Shown here one piece after another: positions 37,232 to 47,319 of a stretch of DNA of 64,000 nt (the stretch's first letter is position 1; the number at the start of each line of letters is the position of its first letter). Source of the DNA: a virus; the IMG/VR virus record IMGVR_UViG_3300043411_001575, positions 32,001-96,000 of that record; one strand, written 5' to 3'. The notes below the pieces were generated by a model. That model saw nothing but the letters and a program-made list of their open reading frames with translations. It was not told the origin of the DNA and ran no database searches. A program made the position numbers and the translations under genes.

Positions 37232-37435
37232 ATGGAATACGAGAAAGTTAAATTTAAAGAGTTAAAAATTGGAGATAAATTTGAGTGCTATGGTGATTCA
37301 TTAATAAATTATGATTACCCTAAGATTTGTAAATGTATAAAAACAGGATTAGATACAGCAGAAGAAATAAATGGCGTTTCATTTTATGTAGATGATTCAT
37401 CAGAAGTTTTTACACCGTCAAAAGACAAAAAATAA
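37232..37435 (+). CDS. hypothetical protein
   Basis: ORF in operon. Confidence 0.65.
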   Translation: MEYEKVKFKELKIGDKFECYGDSLINYDYPKICKCIKTGLDTAEEINGVSFYVDDSSEVFTPSKDKK

Positions 37436-37449
37436 TTAAAAAAAATATA

Positions 37450-38202
37450 ATGGAGCAGTTTAAATTAAAATTAGAAAGACCAATTTGCTTTTATGATTTG
37501 GAAACCACAGGAATTAAACCGAGTGATAGAATAGTTTCTATAACGGTACTTAAAGTTTTTCCAAGCGGTGAAAAAGAAGTAAAATCTGCATTAGTTAATC
37601 CTGAGATGCCAATTCCGAAAGAAGCTAGTGATGTACATGGGATTCATGATGCAGACGTGGCAGATAAACCTACGTTTTCGAAAATATCAAAAAACTTAAA
37701 TAAGTTTATTGAAGGATGTGATATTGGAGGTTTCAATAACCGACAATTTGATGATATTATTCTTTGTGAAGAATTTGGTAGAGCTAATATTGTTTTTCCT
37801 GCTGTAGATGTGAGAAGTGTTGATGCTTGTACCATATTTAAAAAAATGGAACAAAGAACTCTTACCGCTGCTTACAAATTTTACTGTGATAAAACACTTG
37901 AAGATGCTCATAGTAGTGAAGCAGATACATTAGCTACATACGAAGTGTTCTTAGCTCAATTACAAAAGTATGAAGAGCTACAAGGTAAAACTATTGATGA
38001 AATTTCTAACTTCTGCAAACTTGATAATAGAGTTGATTTAGCAGGTAAAATAATCAAAAATGAAAATGGAGATTACCTGTATAACTTTGGGAAACACCAA
38101 AACCAAAAAGTTTTAGAAAATACTAGTTATGCAAATTGGATGCTAGACAACGACTTTTCAGGGAACACAAAAGCAGTTTTAAGAATGATTTTAAATAAAT
38201 AA
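37450..38202 (+). CDS. DEDDh 3'-5' exonuclease (DnaQ-like, Bacteroidota type)
   Basis: YDLETTG, VHGI, GFN..QFD, AHS.EAD, NFGKH. Confidence 0.92.
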   Translation: MEQFKLKLERPICFYDLETTGIKPSDRIVSITVLKVFPSGEKEVKSALVNPEMPIPKEASDVHGIHDADVADKPTFSKISKNLNKFIEGCDIGGFNNRQFDDIILCEEFGRANIVFPAVDVRSVDACTIFKKMEQRTLTAAYKFYCDKTLEDAHSSEADTLATYEVFLAQLQKYEELQGKTIDEISNFCKLDNRVDLAGKIIKNENGDYLYNFGKHQNQKVLENTSYANWMLDNDFSGNTKAVLRMILNK

Positions 38203-38205
38203 AAA

Positions 38206-38547
38206 ATGACAAAAACAAAAATTATAGCACTCCTTGACGAAAGAGATGCTTTATACAAAAAAGATAGTAATAGTAAACGAGTAGATGAAATACAAAAAGA
38301 AATTTCAAATGCTATTAAAAAGAATTTCGATAAATATGAAGTTGATTTCATTTTGGAAACGTGGACACGATTTGGTTCAGCCCCTTGTTTGATTTACGAT
38401 GACAATGGGATGTTTGCTGTTACAGGAGAGGGATACCAACCAATAGTGACAGGTAAAGAAAGAATTGAAGGTAATTTTACTGTTTTTGTAGAAAAAAAGC
38501 AATGGAAGAAAACAATAAGACAAGCACTTAAACACTTTATAAATTAA
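38206..38547 (+). CDS. hypothetical protein
   Basis: ORF in operon. Confidence 0.7.
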   Translation: MTKTKIIALLDERDALYKKDSNSKRVDEIQKEISNAIKKNFDKYEVDFILETWTRFGSAPCLIYDDNGMFAVTGEGYQPIVTGKERIEGNFTVFVEKKQWKKTIRQALKHFIN

Positions 38548-38557
38548 AAACAGAAAA

Positions 38558-39526
38558 ATGGAGAAAATAGATTTTACAAAAGAAGAGAGAACGATTATTG
38601 CTGATTTCATTCATGCAGTTAGTTCTGACACGTTAATTAAAACAGAAGCAATTGACTTAATCAATATTTTACATGCTCATGATTTAATTGAAGATAAATC
38701 AGATTTAGTTAAAAAAGTTGAAGCTCAAGATGATGGTATTGTTTCTGAATTAAAAACAATATTAACTACAAAGGTATCTAGCGAACAGGGTGGAGCTATT
38801 ATGGATGAATACTATGGTAGAGAGCCAAGACCTAATCAGGAAGAGTCTAAAGAAAAAGAACCTAAAAAACCACAACACTATAATTGGGGAGTGGGAAAAG
38901 AAGCGAACTCAAAAGCATGGAGAGACGTTAAAGTTCGTGGCGAAGATTACGAGTTGATTCATGGTGAGTTTCCGCACTCAAGACAGGATAATAATACTTA
39001 CGCAAGGAGCAAGGAAAATCCTGAAGAAATTTATGAATTTGATGGGCATAGACTTCCTTTTAAAATTGAAATAGAAGAAAGTAATTATATCAAACGCTCT
39101 GACCTAAGTGGAAATGAAATCAGAAAAGCTTGTAAAGGAAAATTATTTTTAAATGGAGTTCAAATTTATGAGTGTGGCGGACGTACATATGAATATACAT
39201 TCAAAAATATCGATAGATTCATTAATAGTATGGAAGAACAATGGTCTTGGTTTCCAAATAATTTGAATGAATACTTGGGTAAGTTAATTAAATATGAAGG
39301 TCAAATTTTTAAGATAGAAAGTTTCGTTGTCTCTCAAGCCTGTATGATTCTAGTTACTCCTGATGGAAAAGAAAGACAACCATTCGCTTCAGAAGTAGAA
39401 GATTTAGAAAATGGTAATTTTGACGGAGTAGATACATTGAAAGTGGAGATTAATAGCCCACATATTTGGTGGTTTTTAACCGAAAAAGAACTTGCGCAGT
39501 TTGAAGTTGGAGAGAAAGCGAATTAA
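38558..39526 (+). CDS. hypothetical protein
   Basis: 322-aa ORF. Confidence 0.8.
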   Translation: MEKIDFTKEERTIIADFIHAVSSDTLIKTEAIDLINILHAHDLIEDKSDLVKKVEAQDDGIVSELKTILTTKVSSEQGGAIMDEYYGREPRPNQEESKEKEPKKPQHYNWGVGKEANSKAWRDVKVRGEDYELIHGEFPHSRQDNNTYARSKENPEEIYEFDGHRLPFKIEIEESNYIKRSDLSGNEIRKACKGKLFLNGVQIYECGGRTYEYTFKNIDRFINSMEEQWSWFPNNLNEYLGKLIKYEGQIFKIESFVVSQACMILVTPDGKERQPFASEVEDLENGNFDGVDTLKVEINSPHIWWFLTEKELAQFEVGEKAN

Positions 39527-39598
39527 TTATGTTTTGTAAAAAATAATCACTAAATTTAATGATGTTTTTTTCATTTTTATAATCTTAAAAAAATAAAC

Positions 39599-40045
39599 AT
39601 GTTATCTAAAATATTTAAGTCAGAAAAGTCCAAAGAAGATATAGTTCAAGAACATTATATCAACAAGATAAAGACTATCACAGAGCATTACAATGGGGTT
39701 AGAATAAATGAGACTCTAGTTGGTAAAATAAGTGTCATGAAAAAGATGAGTGATATATTTGAAAGTAACAAAGATTACTTAATGATTTCAAAATCTCTTC
39801 CAAGACCTAAAATATACACAACAGATGAGAATGGTGTTAAAAAGGAATTCTTTTTTAATAACCCATCTGAATGGCTAATTTATATCCATAAGGAGTACAA
39901 AGATGTTATTGAAAAGTTAAAAAAATATGAAGACGAAGAAAAAGAAAGGTATGAATATCTAAAAAACAAAATGAACGAAGATGCACTAGGAAAAAAACGT
40001 GAGTTTTTAATGGAATATGGTCTTTTACCTAAAAATACAAATTAG
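39599..40045 (+). CDS. hypothetical protein
   Basis: ORF. Confidence 0.7.
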   Translation: MLSKIFKSEKSKEDIVQEHYINKIKTITEHYNGVRINETLVGKISVMKKMSDIFESNKDYLMISKSLPRPKIYTTDENGVKKEFFFNNPSEWLIYIHKEYKDVIEKLKKYEDEEKERYEYLKNKMNEDALGKKREFLMEYGLLPKNTN

Positions 40046-40078
40046 AAATTATTATTAAAAAGCAATAAAAAAATAATT

Positions 40079-41056
40079 ATGAATAACGCTACAAAGATTG
40101 AAATAATCATGGATAAGCTTTCGAAAGAAAGACAAAACCACATTAACGCCTTAATAGAGGGAGCTATTAACAAAATTAAAAATAATTCTAATCAAAATAC
40201 GACTTATAATTTAGAAATAACAGAACGATTTGATAAAGAAGAACCTTTTCAATTTGTTTGGTTATCACTAAGTTTTTCAATTCAAAATTTGGGGTTTGCA
40301 ATACCTACTCCTAATGGAATGGCTAATGCAATAGGTACTAATTTAGTAATAACAGATATTGAAATATATCCTCAATCAGATATTGATGGATGGCTAGACC
40401 ACGTTAAAAGAATTAAAGAACAAGAAGCAACTAATCTACTGAAAGAAGCTGAAGTTAAAAATAACGCTTCTAATAATAAAAACATAGATAACAAAGTAGA
40501 AGTTGACACGGATGACGAAGATGATAGAATGGATGAACAAAAAGCTGTTGAAGAATTAGAATGGCTATTCACTCCTCTTTTTTCTTCTCCATTCCCTAAA
40601 GAATATTCTACTGACGAATACATTAAAATATTCCAAAGATATTCCTCTATTTTTGCTAATAGAATTATAAGTGGATTCATAAATATTCAAGACGAACCAA
40701 TTCAATCGATAAAAAATAAAATTGATGAAGCCTTAATTATGCTCACTTCTGAATTCGACAAATGCGACTTTACTAAATTCAGTAAAGAACAATTAGAGCA
40801 ATTAGGTTTTGTTAATTGGAGAAATAAAACTTTAATGATTCCTATTTGGGCTTATCCAATAATTCTAAAAAACAATAATGGTTTAATTGTAATAGATGTG
40901 CAAGGAGAAGAATGGGTAATTGGTAAGGAATATATTTTCACTGAAGACAAGAATGGAGCTATGATGGTGGGAATTCCTTTCAAAAAAGTTAAATCAGAAG
41001 TTTTTGATTCTACAATTGATACTTACGAAATTATCGCTGAATATAAAAGGAATTAA
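40079..41056 (+). CDS. hypothetical protein
   Basis: 325-aa ORF. Confidence 0.8.
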   Translation: MNNATKIEIIMDKLSKERQNHINALIEGAINKIKNNSNQNTTYNLEITERFDKEEPFQFVWLSLSFSIQNLGFAIPTPNGMANAIGTNLVITDIEIYPQSDIDGWLDHVKRIKEQEATNLLKEAEVKNNASNNKNIDNKVEVDTDDEDDRMDEQKAVEELEWLFTPLFSSPFPKEYSTDEYIKIFQRYSSIFANRIISGFINIQDEPIQSIKNKIDEALIMLTSEFDKCDFTKFSKEQLEQLGFVNWRNKTLMIPIWAYPIILKNNNGLIVIDVQGEEWVIGKEYIFTEDKNGAMMVGIPFKKVKSEVFDSTIDTYEIIAEYKRN

Positions 41057-41137
41057 TTTAATTGTTAAAATTATACTTATTATTGATATTAATCTCAATT
41101 TTATTGTTATATTTGTAGTTCAAAATACGGTCAAATT

Positions 41138-41599
41138 ATGCAGGGTGAAATAGAAGATTCTGAAAAAGAAAGAGGAATTACGATTACAACTAAGGAAAAG
41201 CAGTACGCATTAGAGAAAGCCGCTAAAAATTACGCTAAGGAATTGATTCAAAGTGGTGCAATTAAAAGCTTTGATTCATCTTGGATGGAGTCCGTTTTCA
41301 TGTATGTTGTAAAATCAGATGCCTCCAAAGAATACCATTCTAAACCTAAAATTGAAAATCCATCAGGAACAGAAAGACTGAAGGTAGCATACAGATATTT
41401 AAACAAGTTTATTATTGAAAATGATTTAGATGGAGCTATTGAGTTTTTAAAAGTATTTATGTTTCCTGAGTATGATTTTGGTGTATTAAGAATGCTTTTA
41501 GATTGTATAGGTAAGGTTGCTGATGAAGAAAAAATAATTCCGATTAGAAAAGAATTAATAAAATTGTGTGAACAAAAATTAGGTGAAAAATTATACTAA
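41138..41599 (+). CDS. hypothetical protein with N-terminal EKERGITI (translational GTPase switch-I) motif
   Basis: MQGEIEDSEKERGITITTK; no P-loop; promoter at 41063-41135. Confidence 0.7.
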   Translation: MQGEIEDSEKERGITITTKEKQYALEKAAKNYAKELIQSGAIKSFDSSWMESVFMYVVKSDASKEYHSKPKIENPSGTERLKVAYRYLNKFIIENDLDGAIEFLKVFMFPEYDFGVLRMLLDCIGKVADEEKIIPIRKELIKLCEQKLGEKLY

Positions 41600-41608
41600 A
41601 AAAACAAT

Positions 41609-42484
41609 ATGAGCCAAGAAGGATTACAAGAACAAAAAATAATTTTAGTACCTGTTACTGAAGTTAGAGAGATTGAAGATACAATCGAAATTGATGGTAA
41701 AGAATTCTCCAAGAACGTTAGAACTGATATGGGGGATATTCCATTGTTAGCAAAACAAATCCAAGAGAATGGAGTTTTAATGCCTTGTAAGGGTTTAAAA
41801 AAGGACGGGATAGTTTATCTTACTGATGGACACAGAAGATTTCAAGCTTGTAGTCTGATATTAGAAGAAACAGGTGATGTTACTTTTATGCCATTCATAT
41901 TAGAAAATGGAATTACAGAAGAAAAAAGAATTATGGAAATGATTCTTTGTAACGAAGGTAAGCCTCTTAATCCTGTTGAACAAGCAGAAGCCGTATTCAG
42001 ATTAGTAGATTGCGGAATGAATGAAGAAGAAATTAGAAATAAGACAGGTTTTAGTCACACATACATGTCTAACCTGAAAATGCTATACAATGCTCCTACC
42101 AAAATAAAAAATATGGTTAGAGACAATGTTATAACAGGAACACTTGCAATGGATGTCATGAGAAAAGAAAAAAACTATGATAAAGCCATCGAAACAATAG
42201 AGCAAACAATAGCTTTCAAAAAAGCAAATTCATCAGGGACATCAGAAGCACCTAAAATTACACTAAGGGATATTGGAAAGGCAAAAGACAAAGTTAATTC
42301 CTTCTCCGCTGTAAAAAAAGCTTACAGGCACTACGAAAAAGAAGGTCTCGTTATTCGTCAAGATAAACTAGAACTATTCACATTCATATCTAGTTTAATT
42401 GAAGGAGATTATTCTTATGATGAATTAATGGCTATCCTGTATGAACCAAAAATAAAAATTGACGGAAGAAGAAAGACTAACTAA
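41609..42484 (+). CDS. ParB/Srx-like protein with HTH
   Basis: NVR, LA.QI.ENGVL.P, LTDGHRRFQA, N...LNPVEQAEA. Confidence 0.88.
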   Translation: MSQEGLQEQKIILVPVTEVREIEDTIEIDGKEFSKNVRTDMGDIPLLAKQIQENGVLMPCKGLKKDGIVYLTDGHRRFQACSLILEETGDVTFMPFILENGITEEKRIMEMILCNEGKPLNPVEQAEAVFRLVDCGMNEEEIRNKTGFSHTYMSNLKMLYNAPTKIKNMVRDNVITGTLAMDVMRKEKNYDKAIETIEQTIAFKKANSSGTSEAPKITLRDIGKAKDKVNSFSAVKKAYRHYEKEGLVIRQDKLELFTFISSLIEGDYSYDELMAILYEPKIKIDGRRKTN

Positions 42485-42501
42485 AATTTTAAATAAACGT
42501 A

Positions 42502-42753
42502 ATGGCAGCAGCAGAAACAGAAAAAAAAGAAAATAATATTATTACATTATTTAATGTTGGAACTAAGTTTGGACATTTAACAAATGGAGTAATTAAACCA
42601 TATTATCAAGCAGAAGTTTTTAAACCTTTCACTCCTTCTGATATTCAAAATTTATCAGACAAAGGATTTGAAATCCAAATTAGACCTGCAACTAAACAGG
42701 AAATGAATTGGACTTACATGGAACTAGGAAAATATCACTTTAATAATTCATAA
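42502..42753 (+). CDS. hypothetical protein
   Basis: ORF in operon. Confidence 0.65.
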   Translation: MAAAETEKKENNIITLFNVGTKFGHLTNGVIKPYYQAEVFKPFTPSDIQNLSDKGFEIQIRPATKQEMNWTYMELGKYHFNNS

Positions 42754-42757
42754 AAAA

Positions 42758-42970
42758 ATGAACTCAAAAATAATAACAGCAGTTTTCAAAGGACAAAATG
42801 GTTCTTGTCGTTATAATACAAATAAAAGATACGCTTTAAAAGTATATCGTAATTCAATAAATGGTAACATACGAATAGAACTCGCAGGAAAAGATGATGG
42901 AATTGTAGAATATGGAGACATTACTAATTTTCTTAGCAATTGGGATAGTATTAGAGTAATGAATCAATAA
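42758..42970 (+). CDS. hypothetical protein
   Basis: ORF in operon. Confidence 0.65.
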   Translation: MNSKIITAVFKGQNGSCRYNTNKRYALKVYRNSINGNIRIELAGKDDGIVEYGDITNFLSNWDSIRVMNQ

Positions 42971-42997
42971 TTAATTGTTTAACTAAAATAACGAAAA

Positions 42998-43369
42998 GTG
43001 GATTGGAGCAGAATATTTTACAACTACAAATTAGCATCTTACGAGATGTACATGTGGATAATTGGAAGCAAATCAGTTAATTACAAGTTTTTTACCGAAG
43101 AATTATTCAAAGAATCCTTGAAAGAAAAGGGATATTTTGAAAATGAAGAAAAAGCTTTGGAGTTTTTTGATGCTGCCTTCATTTGGTGTCATATAATGCC
43201 AATGGGAATCAGTAAGTTTAAATCTGTTGCAGAAAGCGAGTATAGACAGATTTTAAGCTCAGATTGGACATCAAGGAGGGAAACTAGCTTGAAGACGCTA
43301 GAAAGTGCTTTTGAACTCCTAGAAGAGCGAAAAATCAAAGAAACACAGTGGCACAATGTAACAAAGTAA
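42998..43369 (+). CDS. hypothetical protein (paralog of 266)
   Basis: LEFFD...AFELL; GTG start. Confidence 0.65.
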   Translation: MDWSRIFYNYKLASYEMYMWIIGSKSVNYKFFTEELFKESLKEKGYFENEEKALEFFDAAFIWCHIMPMGISKFKSVAESEYRQILSSDWTSRRETSLKTLESAFELLEERKIKETQWHNVTK

Positions 43370-43460
43370 CATCAAAAACAGGTTAATAAAACAGAACAAT
43401 TTTTTAAACAAAAAACCAAAGTAAGGACTATATTTGTAGTCCCTACCTAAATTCAAACAA

Positions 43461-43763
43461 ATGGCAAAAAAAGTAACAGCAAAAAAAGCAAAGAAGACTG
43501 TTTCAGTAGAAACAGAAGTGAAAAAGAAAAAAGAGATTCAGGGGGTAACTAAATTCAAAATTTGGTGCATTAAACAGAATCTTACACAAAGACAAATTAG
43601 AAAAGATACTGAACTTTCAATCGGTACAATTCATTCTACTTGGTACAAAGGAACAGCTAATGCTAGTGTAGTTAAATTGCTATCATTAGTGTACAAAATA
43701 GATGAAAAAAAGGTTGAGAAGATGATTCAAACTTTTGACAACTCTAATCCAATTGAGGATTAA
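43461..43763 (+). CDS. XRE-type HTH protein
   Basis: NLTQRQIRKDTELSIGTIH; promoter TATATTTG 43429. Confidence 0.7.
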   Translation: MAKKVTAKKAKKTVSVETEVKKKKEIQGVTKFKIWCIKQNLTQRQIRKDTELSIGTIHSTWYKGTANASVVKLLSLVYKIDEKKVEKMIQTFDNSNPIED

Positions 43764-43786
43764 TATTATTGGATTGAGCATGTTCA

Positions 43787-44956
43787 ATGGCAAAGAAAAA
43801 AGGAAAAATACTACCGAAAAATAGTACGGATGATAATTCAAAAAAGTCAGCCAAAAAAAGTCCTATTTCTAAAAACGCCAAAGAGAAAACTAAATCTACT
43901 TCTTCAAGTAAAGTAAAAAAAAAACCGACAACTAAATCGGTAGGAAAATCCTCTAAAAAAAGTAAGGAAAAACCTAAAGTTGGCGGGTTTTCAAAAAACA
44001 ATTTCAATTTCATAAGGTCACTTCTTTGGAAAAACAATAGAAGTGACTTTATTTCTTATTTCGACCCTTCATTCATAAGGTTAGTACGAGAGATTTTCAA
44101 TGACTGCAAGGCAGCAGGTGTAAATTGTACTGAAGAAATAATACAAAAAAAGTATGAGCAGCTAAAGTCTGATGACAAAAGACCCAAACCATACATACTT
44201 CCTAAGTTCCAAAACCCAAATGTTTATTACGAAATAAAGGATGTTCCATTTGAAACATTATCACCATACCTATACGTAATAAGCCCAATGATAATTCCTT
44301 ATCCTCATGAATTTAGGATAACTGAGTATTTCAAAAAAACCATCCGTGATACCCCAACGGGGATAGTAGAATCAATCGAATCAAAAGGATACGACAAGTT
44401 CTTTGCTAAATGGGTTAATTGGTGTAATGCCTCTATGAGAAGCGAATACGGTAGCACTATAGGCTCTGAAGACTTAGACATCTATTTTAAAATGACAGAT
44501 GCAGAGTACAATGAATCCAAAAAAAGATGGGAAACATATATTTACACCTGTACTTCTATGGGGAAAGTATATGACTTTGGATTCAAACCTGAAGGAGAAT
44601 TAGAACGAGATGAAGAACCCGAATATAGACTTCCAACTGAATCTCAGGCATCAGAAAAACCAATTTCTGAAAAAGAAAAAAGCAAAATTAAGAGGATTAT
44701 CAAAAAACAAAAAATAAATGACTCCCTAAACTCTTGGAACAACTTCTTCTCATCAGTAAAAAAATCTTCCGAAAAAGAAGAAATGGAGAAATATGCCCAA
44801 GAACTATCCGATTTACAAAGCTTAAGAAAGGAACTAGAAAAGCTTATCCGTAAATATAAAAAAGAAAAAAACACTAAGAAATTAAAGCAAGTTAACAAGG
44901 AATACGACTTATTGACTGATAAATATTTAAAATTAGTTAAGAGGAAATTAAAATAA
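43787..44956 (+). CDS. hypothetical protein with Lys/Ser-rich N-terminus and coiled-coil C-terminus
   Basis: 389-aa ORF. Confidence 0.8.
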   Translation: MAKKKGKILPKNSTDDNSKKSAKKSPISKNAKEKTKSTSSSKVKKKPTTKSVGKSSKKSKEKPKVGGFSKNNFNFIRSLLWKNNRSDFISYFDPSFIRLVREIFNDCKAAGVNCTEEIIQKKYEQLKSDDKRPKPYILPKFQNPNVYYEIKDVPFETLSPYLYVISPMIIPYPHEFRITEYFKKTIRDTPTGIVESIESKGYDKFFAKWVNWCNASMRSEYGSTIGSEDLDIYFKMTDAEYNESKKRWETYIYTCTSMGKVYDFGFKPEGELERDEEPEYRLPTESQASEKPISEKEKSKIKRIIKKQKINDSLNSWNNFFSSVKKSSEKEEMEKYAQELSDLQSLRKELEKLIRKYKKEKNTKKLKQVNKEYDLLTDKYLKLVKRKLK

Positions 44957-44962
44957 TCATCC

Positions 44963-45020
44963 TGTTAGTAACTTTTATGTAATTAGTATTAAATTTGTTA
45001 TTATATTTGCAATGGTCAAG
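44963..45020 (+). promoter_or_regulatory. promoter at the head of the cassette array
   Basis: TGTTAGTAA 44963, TATATTTG 45002, TGGTCAAG 45013. Confidence 0.7.
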
Positions 45021-45043
45021 TACTAATAATAAATTTTTTAACA

Positions 45044-45253
45044 ATGGAAAGCAAAATAGTTATTGAAATTACAAATGAATATGAGGCATCAAGACTTTTG
45101 AATCTCATAGAGGATGGTATGAAGATACTTAACAAACAAGGTCGTTCACAAAGAGGTATTGATGGATATACATATTCAGAATTACAAAAATGGCATGATA
45201 AGCTATCTAAATTTACAACTGTGAAATGCAATTTTGCAGATGGGGAAATCTAA
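45044..45253 (+). CDS. hypothetical protein
   Basis: ORF after promoter. Confidence 0.65.
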   Translation: MESKIVIEITNEYEASRLLNLIEDGMKILNKQGRSQRGIDGYTYSELQKWHDKLSKFTTVKCNFADGEI

Positions 45254-45383
45254 GCGATGGTAGGTAAATCGAAGCCGAAATTTGAATTTATTACAAATGT
45301 TTAATCAAGGCACTAATATTGAATTTTGCACGTCAGCCCCACTATTGCAAAACCGATGTTATAAGCCGTTTTTATTTTAAATT

Positions 45384-45758
45384 ATGGAAGTTACATATTA
45401 TCAATTCTGTAAAACAATAGCTGATGATTTAAAAATTGAGTTAAATCAAAAGCATAAAACTAAATTAAGTCAATTTCCAATAAAAAATGGAAAAAGAAAA
45501 ATCAATTCTTTTCACGATGCTATAATTGTAGATTCTAATGGAAATGAATATCCATATATGCTGGGGCAAACAATTAGGAACGAAGAAAAATTAATTGATT
45601 TTGATTACATATACATTACACTACCAAAAGGATTAGAACAAATATTAAAAGAAACTGGAATTAATTTAAAGTCAGAAAAATGCAAAATTTGTGAAGGTGG
45701 TGGATGGTACAGTCAAGGAACAAGGTATTTTTATAAAGATATTTCTTGTGAAGTGTAG
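45384..45758 (+). CDS. cassette hypothetical protein (cassette 45358-45780)
   Basis: Flanked by GTTATAAGCCGTTTT / AAAATGGCTTATAAC. Confidence 0.75.
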   Translation: MEVTYYQFCKTIADDLKIELNQKHKTKLSQFPIKNGKRKINSFHDAIIVDSNGNEYPYMLGQTIRNEEKLIDFDYIYITLPKGLEQILKETGINLKSEKCKICEGGGWYSQGTRYFYKDISCEV

Positions 45759-45773
45759 TCGTTCTAAAATGGC

Positions 45774-45896
45774 TTATAACGTATGGTGCTATACTTAGTG
45801 CCGATTTATGAAAACGAATGTTAATTATTAAAAACAAAAAGATGTTAAAAAACGAAATAACCGAGAATGAGGCATTGAGTATAGCACGTGTTAGTG
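45774..45896 (+). repeat. attC-like hairpin 1 (contains MTase start codon)
   Basis: TAAC..GTGCTATACTTAGTGCC/GGCATTGAGTATAGCAC..GTTA. Confidence 0.85.
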
Positions 45897-46882
45897 GCAG
45901 TACTTTTGTGAATGCTGATTGCTTCGATGTTTTTCCTTTTATTGAGGATAAATCAATTGATGCTATTATTTGCGATTTACCTTATGGAACTACTGCTTGT
46001 GCTTGGGATATAATAATACCTTTTGAGAAATTATGGAAAGAATATGATAGAGTTTTAAAAGACAAAGGAAGTATTATTTTGACAGCATCACAACCATTTA
46101 CAAGTATTTTACTTATGAGTAATTTAAAATGGTTTTCTCACGAATGGATTTGGGAAAAAGAAATGGGTAGCAATTTTATGTTAGCAAACAAGCAACCACT
46201 AAAAATACACGAAAGTATATTGGTTTTTAATAGACCAATAAATGAAGTGAAAAATGATTTTGGCAAATACTCGGATATTAGGGATTATTTTCAAGAAGAA
46301 AGAAAAAAAACAAATTTATCGTATAAAGAAATAAACGAAAAATGTTTTGGTAGTGCTTCAAATGGTGGTGGTATGGCTTCAAATATTTTAACGAGTTATA
46401 AGAAAGGTTGGAGTTTTCCAAGTAAAGAAAAATATGAAGCATTGCAAAAAATAGGTATTTGTAAAACTCCTTATAATGAATTGAAAAATGAATATTTAAA
46501 AGCATTTGAGATTGATAGAACATACAACCCTATAAAAACCGATGGTAAACCTTATGTAATTAAACAAGGTGGCGTTTCTGATGTTTACGGAAATAAAGAA
46601 AACAATATCACAACTGAAAATAACGGAGATAGATTTCCAACTTCAATTTTAAAAATCAAACGTGATAAAGAAAAAATACACCCAACAGCTAAACCGCTTG
46701 AACTTATGGAATACCTTGTTAAAACATATACCAACGAGGGCGACACGGTTTTAGATAATACAATGGGTTCAGGTACAACAAACTTAGCCTGTATCAAATT
46801 AAATCGCAAATCAATTGGAATAGAAAAGGAAAAACAATATTACGATGTGGCTGTTCGGAGGGCTTCGGAGTATTGCCACTAA
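45818..46882 (+). CDS. N6/N4 DNA methyltransferase (beta class) with internal HTH-like insertion
   Basis: DLPYG motif IV, HPTAKP, VLDNTMGSGTT motif I. Confidence 0.92.
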   Translation: MLIIKNKKMLKNEITENEALSIARVSGSTFVNADCFDVFPFIEDKSIDAIICDLPYGTTACAWDIIIPFEKLWKEYDRVLKDKGSIILTASQPFTSILLMSNLKWFSHEWIWEKEMGSNFMLANKQPLKIHESILVFNRPINEVKNDFGKYSDIRDYFQEERKKTNLSYKEINEKCFGSASNGGGMASNILTSYKKGWSFPSKEKYEALQKIGICKTPYNELKNEYLKAFEIDRTYNPIKTDGKPYVIKQGGVSDVYGNKENNITTENNGDRFPTSILKIKRDKEKIHPTAKPLELMEYLVKTYTNEGDTVLDNTMGSGTTNLACIKLNRKSIGIEKEKQYYDVAVRRASEYCH

Positions 46883-47007
46883 CGTATGGTGCTATACGAA
46901 GGAGGCGATTATTAGCACTAAAGTTGATGCGGAGTACAAATGTTTGTTTAACCACAAATGTTTCTACGGAGTACCAAACCGCCTCTTTTGTATAGCACGT
47001 GTTACCT
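46877..47007 (+). repeat. attC-like hairpin 2
   Basis: GTGCTATACGAAGGAGGCG/CGCCTCTTTTGTATAGCAC. Confidence 0.85.
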
Positions 47008-47073
47008 GCTGGTGTGGTTTATTTAGCAGGATTTTGATTTGAAAACGAATAGAAAATTTAAAAAGTTTTAGAA

Positions 47074-47319
47074 ATGGGAACACAAAAAATGTATGCAGTA
47101 GAATATAAAACGGATAGTAGTTCTACTTATGAAATATTTGAAAATTATGATGATGCCTTAGCGTTTGCTAATAGTAATGAAAATGCTATGTTTTTATTTA
47201 CGGCAGACTTTAATAAGGATAGAATTTATTTAGATGGCGAAACTTGGAATTATGATGATTTTGCCGACACTTTTATTAACCAAGAAACAATTGAAACTTA
47301 TGAAATATATGGGAAGTAA
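47074..47319 (+). CDS. cassette hypothetical protein
   Basis: ORF in cassette 47001-48095. Confidence 0.7.
   Translation: MGTQKMYAVEYKTDSSSTYEIFENYDDALAFANSNENAMFLFTADFNKDRIYLDGETWNYDDFADTFINQETIETYEIYGK

Noticed and set aside
44964-44972. GTTAGTAAC as an attI-like site
   Set aside because: Better explained as the TGTTAATAA promoter box seen at other promoters; no adjacent integrase
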